Below are positions 61,761-64,000 of a DNA stretch of 64,000 nt, in pieces (position 1 is the stretch's first letter; each line of letters begins with the position of its first letter). The DNA is from Callorhinchus milii (Eukaryota), in NCBI RefSeq assembly GCF_018977255.1, contig NW_024704742.1, positions 16,618,001-16,682,000 on the forward strand, in the 5' to 3' direction. The notes under the pieces were generated by a model that ran no database searches, had not been told where the DNA came from, and saw nothing but the letters and a program-made list of their open reading frames with translations. The translations under genes were made by a program, and so were the position numbers.

Positions 61761-62600
61761 CATAATGTGGCTAACTGAGGCAAGCTAATACATATCAGAC
61801 ATATGCTTTGCTTGTTGTCAATAAATTGTACATATAATGTGCATATAAAACACCACTTACATTGGACACAGACAGAAACTACCATAGTGACAACACACTG
61901 AAAATAACATTGCACGTGTACTGAGGAACATTTAGGAAATTGTCGCCAATTTCCAGATTTGTTCTTCATAGAGTAATTTATGATACATAAGCCTTGTTTC
62001 ATGTAAATATTGTTCTATGCAACTCTTGTCTCAAATCCAATATATTACACCTGGCAGGTCTTGGCAATTGTGTCCTTTGAGACTGACAATGTAAAGCCCC
62101 TTATTTTGTATCTGCCAGATTTCCTAGTGCCTTATATAACAGCTGCTTACATTTACTTTTGCGTAGTATCTGTGGTGTAATGTCTGTTGATCACTGTGAG
62201 CAATTATATAGCTGAGGGGACCCTGCAGAAGAACATAGGCCTAGTCACAATTCAAACCAGATTTAGCAGACTTTCTAACTGTTATATTGGATTAGAATTA
62301 AGTTAGGATTTATTGCCTTATTACTTCAATTGCAAAATCCCTGAAGTACCACAGCTTTATGTCCAAAGTGGATGTTTAGATAGATTTAAGTCTGTTGTTA
62401 AATGTAATTTGTGTCTTGCAGAAAATAAAGCATGTAGTAATCTGTGTGGTTGCAGATATATTGCAGGATATGGTGATATACATCAAGACAGTCAGTTACA
62501 ATCATTTTTGTGTTTGTAACAGTTTTCTCATAAGCAATACATCATTACAGCTATTATATCAAGTTTCCAAAGTTATGAAATCCCCTAACATTAGTTAGGT

Positions 62601-62788
62601 ACAACAACAACAACAACAAGATTGCATTTATAGAGCGCCTTTCACGTCGGGAGGACGTCCCAAGGCGCTGGACAGTTGGTTCGGGACCCGAGCAGGGGGG
62701 AAATGGTCAGGGTGAGGGAAAGAAGGGAGGGATTGAGGAGGGGTAGAGAGTTGAGAGGGGGGGGGTGAAGGCACGGTTGAAGAGAAAT
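62601..62788 (-). mobile_element. L2 3' tail fragment
   Basis: (GTT)n tail and the exact L2 stem-loop. Confidence 0.9.
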
Positions 62789-63221
62789 TGGGCTTTTTTG
62801 GTACTTTTCCACAGAAGCTACCACTTAGATATAGCCTTTAAATGCAGCTAAAATAAGTGAAGGTAACTTGCTAATAGTGGAGAAACAATTACTGTATACT
62901 AGAGAGAATCTATGCCTTTGCTTTGCCACTGAAAATATTCTATATCTGCTCCTGGGCAGCAGGTTATCCTCTATCATTTTTATTTCCATCAGGGACAAAT
63001 GCCTTGTAACTTTTCCTTCTACATCACAGGAAGATCTATCTGCTCAGTGAGCTTCTAGCAGTATATTCTCCATAGGAATGGTGCTTATTTAAAGAGTGTG
63101 TTGGAGTCTAATCCCTCACACCCCTGCAGTAGACAAATGAGAGATGGCTCAACGTTGGTTGATAAATTTATCAACTTTGCTGGGTGAACGTTTCTTATTC
63201 TCTGTTAGTTGGCAAATCTAT

Positions 63222-63730
63222 AACAACAGAATGACATTTGTAAAGCGCCTTTCAAGTCGGGAGGGCGTCCCAAAGCTCTGAACAGTCAGGGATCAGGACC
63301 CGAGCGTGGGGGCGCAGGGATGGGATGAGGGAAAGCAGAGAGGTAGGAGGGCGGCTGAAGGCACGGTCAAAAAGGAGGGTCTTGAGTCGTGCCTTGAAGT
63401 AGGCAAGGGAGGGAGCAATGCGAAGGGATTGAGGGATGGAGTTCCAAAGGATGGGACAGAGAGGTTGAAAGCCCAACCGACTTTGGTAGGGCTGGTTGGG
63501 TGGGAGACATGGAGCAGGCCGGAGCTTGCTGAACGGAGAGACAGACAAGTTGATACGGAGTTAGCAGGTCAGAGAGGTAGAAGGGGCCAAGGTGGTGGAG
63601 GGCTTTGAAAGTGAGGATGAGGATTTGAATTCTATCCTCTGAGAGATGCAGAACCAGCCGGGCAAGGGTGGGGGTGATGGGGTCACTGAGTCTAGTGTGG
63701 GAGACGACACAAGCTGCAGAGTTCTGGATA
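63222..63730 (-). mobile_element. L2 3' fragment
   Basis: LWNSIPQSLRIAPSLAYFKARLKTLLFDRAF; L2 tail. Confidence 0.88.
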
Positions 63731-64000
63731 AGTTTACCTGTATGAGATAACTTGTAGGTTACCTGTATAATGTCAGTTTTATTTGTCCTGTGGTTACCTT
63801 ACTGTTTATGGATAGAAATTGCTATGGTTAAAGCTAGCACTCACTCTTAATGGGAGGAAACATGTCTACAGTTTCATTTCTTCCCCATCTATAATACTGG
63901 TGATTCATGAGAAGGTATTTCTATTTTATTTTCTATTTATTTTGTGTGGAATAAGTTAAAAATAATAATAAGAAGAAGAATTTGGTCACTCAATGCACAA

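Noticed and set aside
1..64000. CRISPR array, rRNA or prokaryotic operon/defence system
   Set aside because: No regularly spaced repeat-spacer array, rRNA signature or gene-dense organisation; the sequence is vertebrate-type repeat-rich DNA

Overview
Eukaryotic, repeat-dense non-coding DNA, most likely intronic or intergenic sequence from a cartilaginous fish. A chimaera/elephant-shark-like genome is inferred from the repeat content only. I found no host protein-coding exon, rRNA, true tRNA gene or CRISPR that I can support. All long ORFs derive from decayed retroelements: CR1 and L2 LINE ORF2 fragments, a Penelope-like GIY-YIG element, a Tx1/L1-type ORF1 zinc-knuckle remnant, and a hAT transposase C-terminus. 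The window also has more than 15 tRNA-derived SINE copies or fragments that share the L2 3' stem-loop, older DeuSINE-like and LF-SINE-like relics, a candidate solo LTR and several MITE-like palindromes. The most notable structure is a head-to-head inverted Penelope-like insertion (17780-21565) flanked by a 13-bp target-site duplication (TSD), with a hammerhead-ribozyme motif near each outer end. A 137-bp hammerhead-only insert with its own 15-bp TSD lies at 58217-58353. Repeat family names come from remembered consensus motifs and need confirmation by RepeatMasker/Dfam. Many boundaries are approximate.
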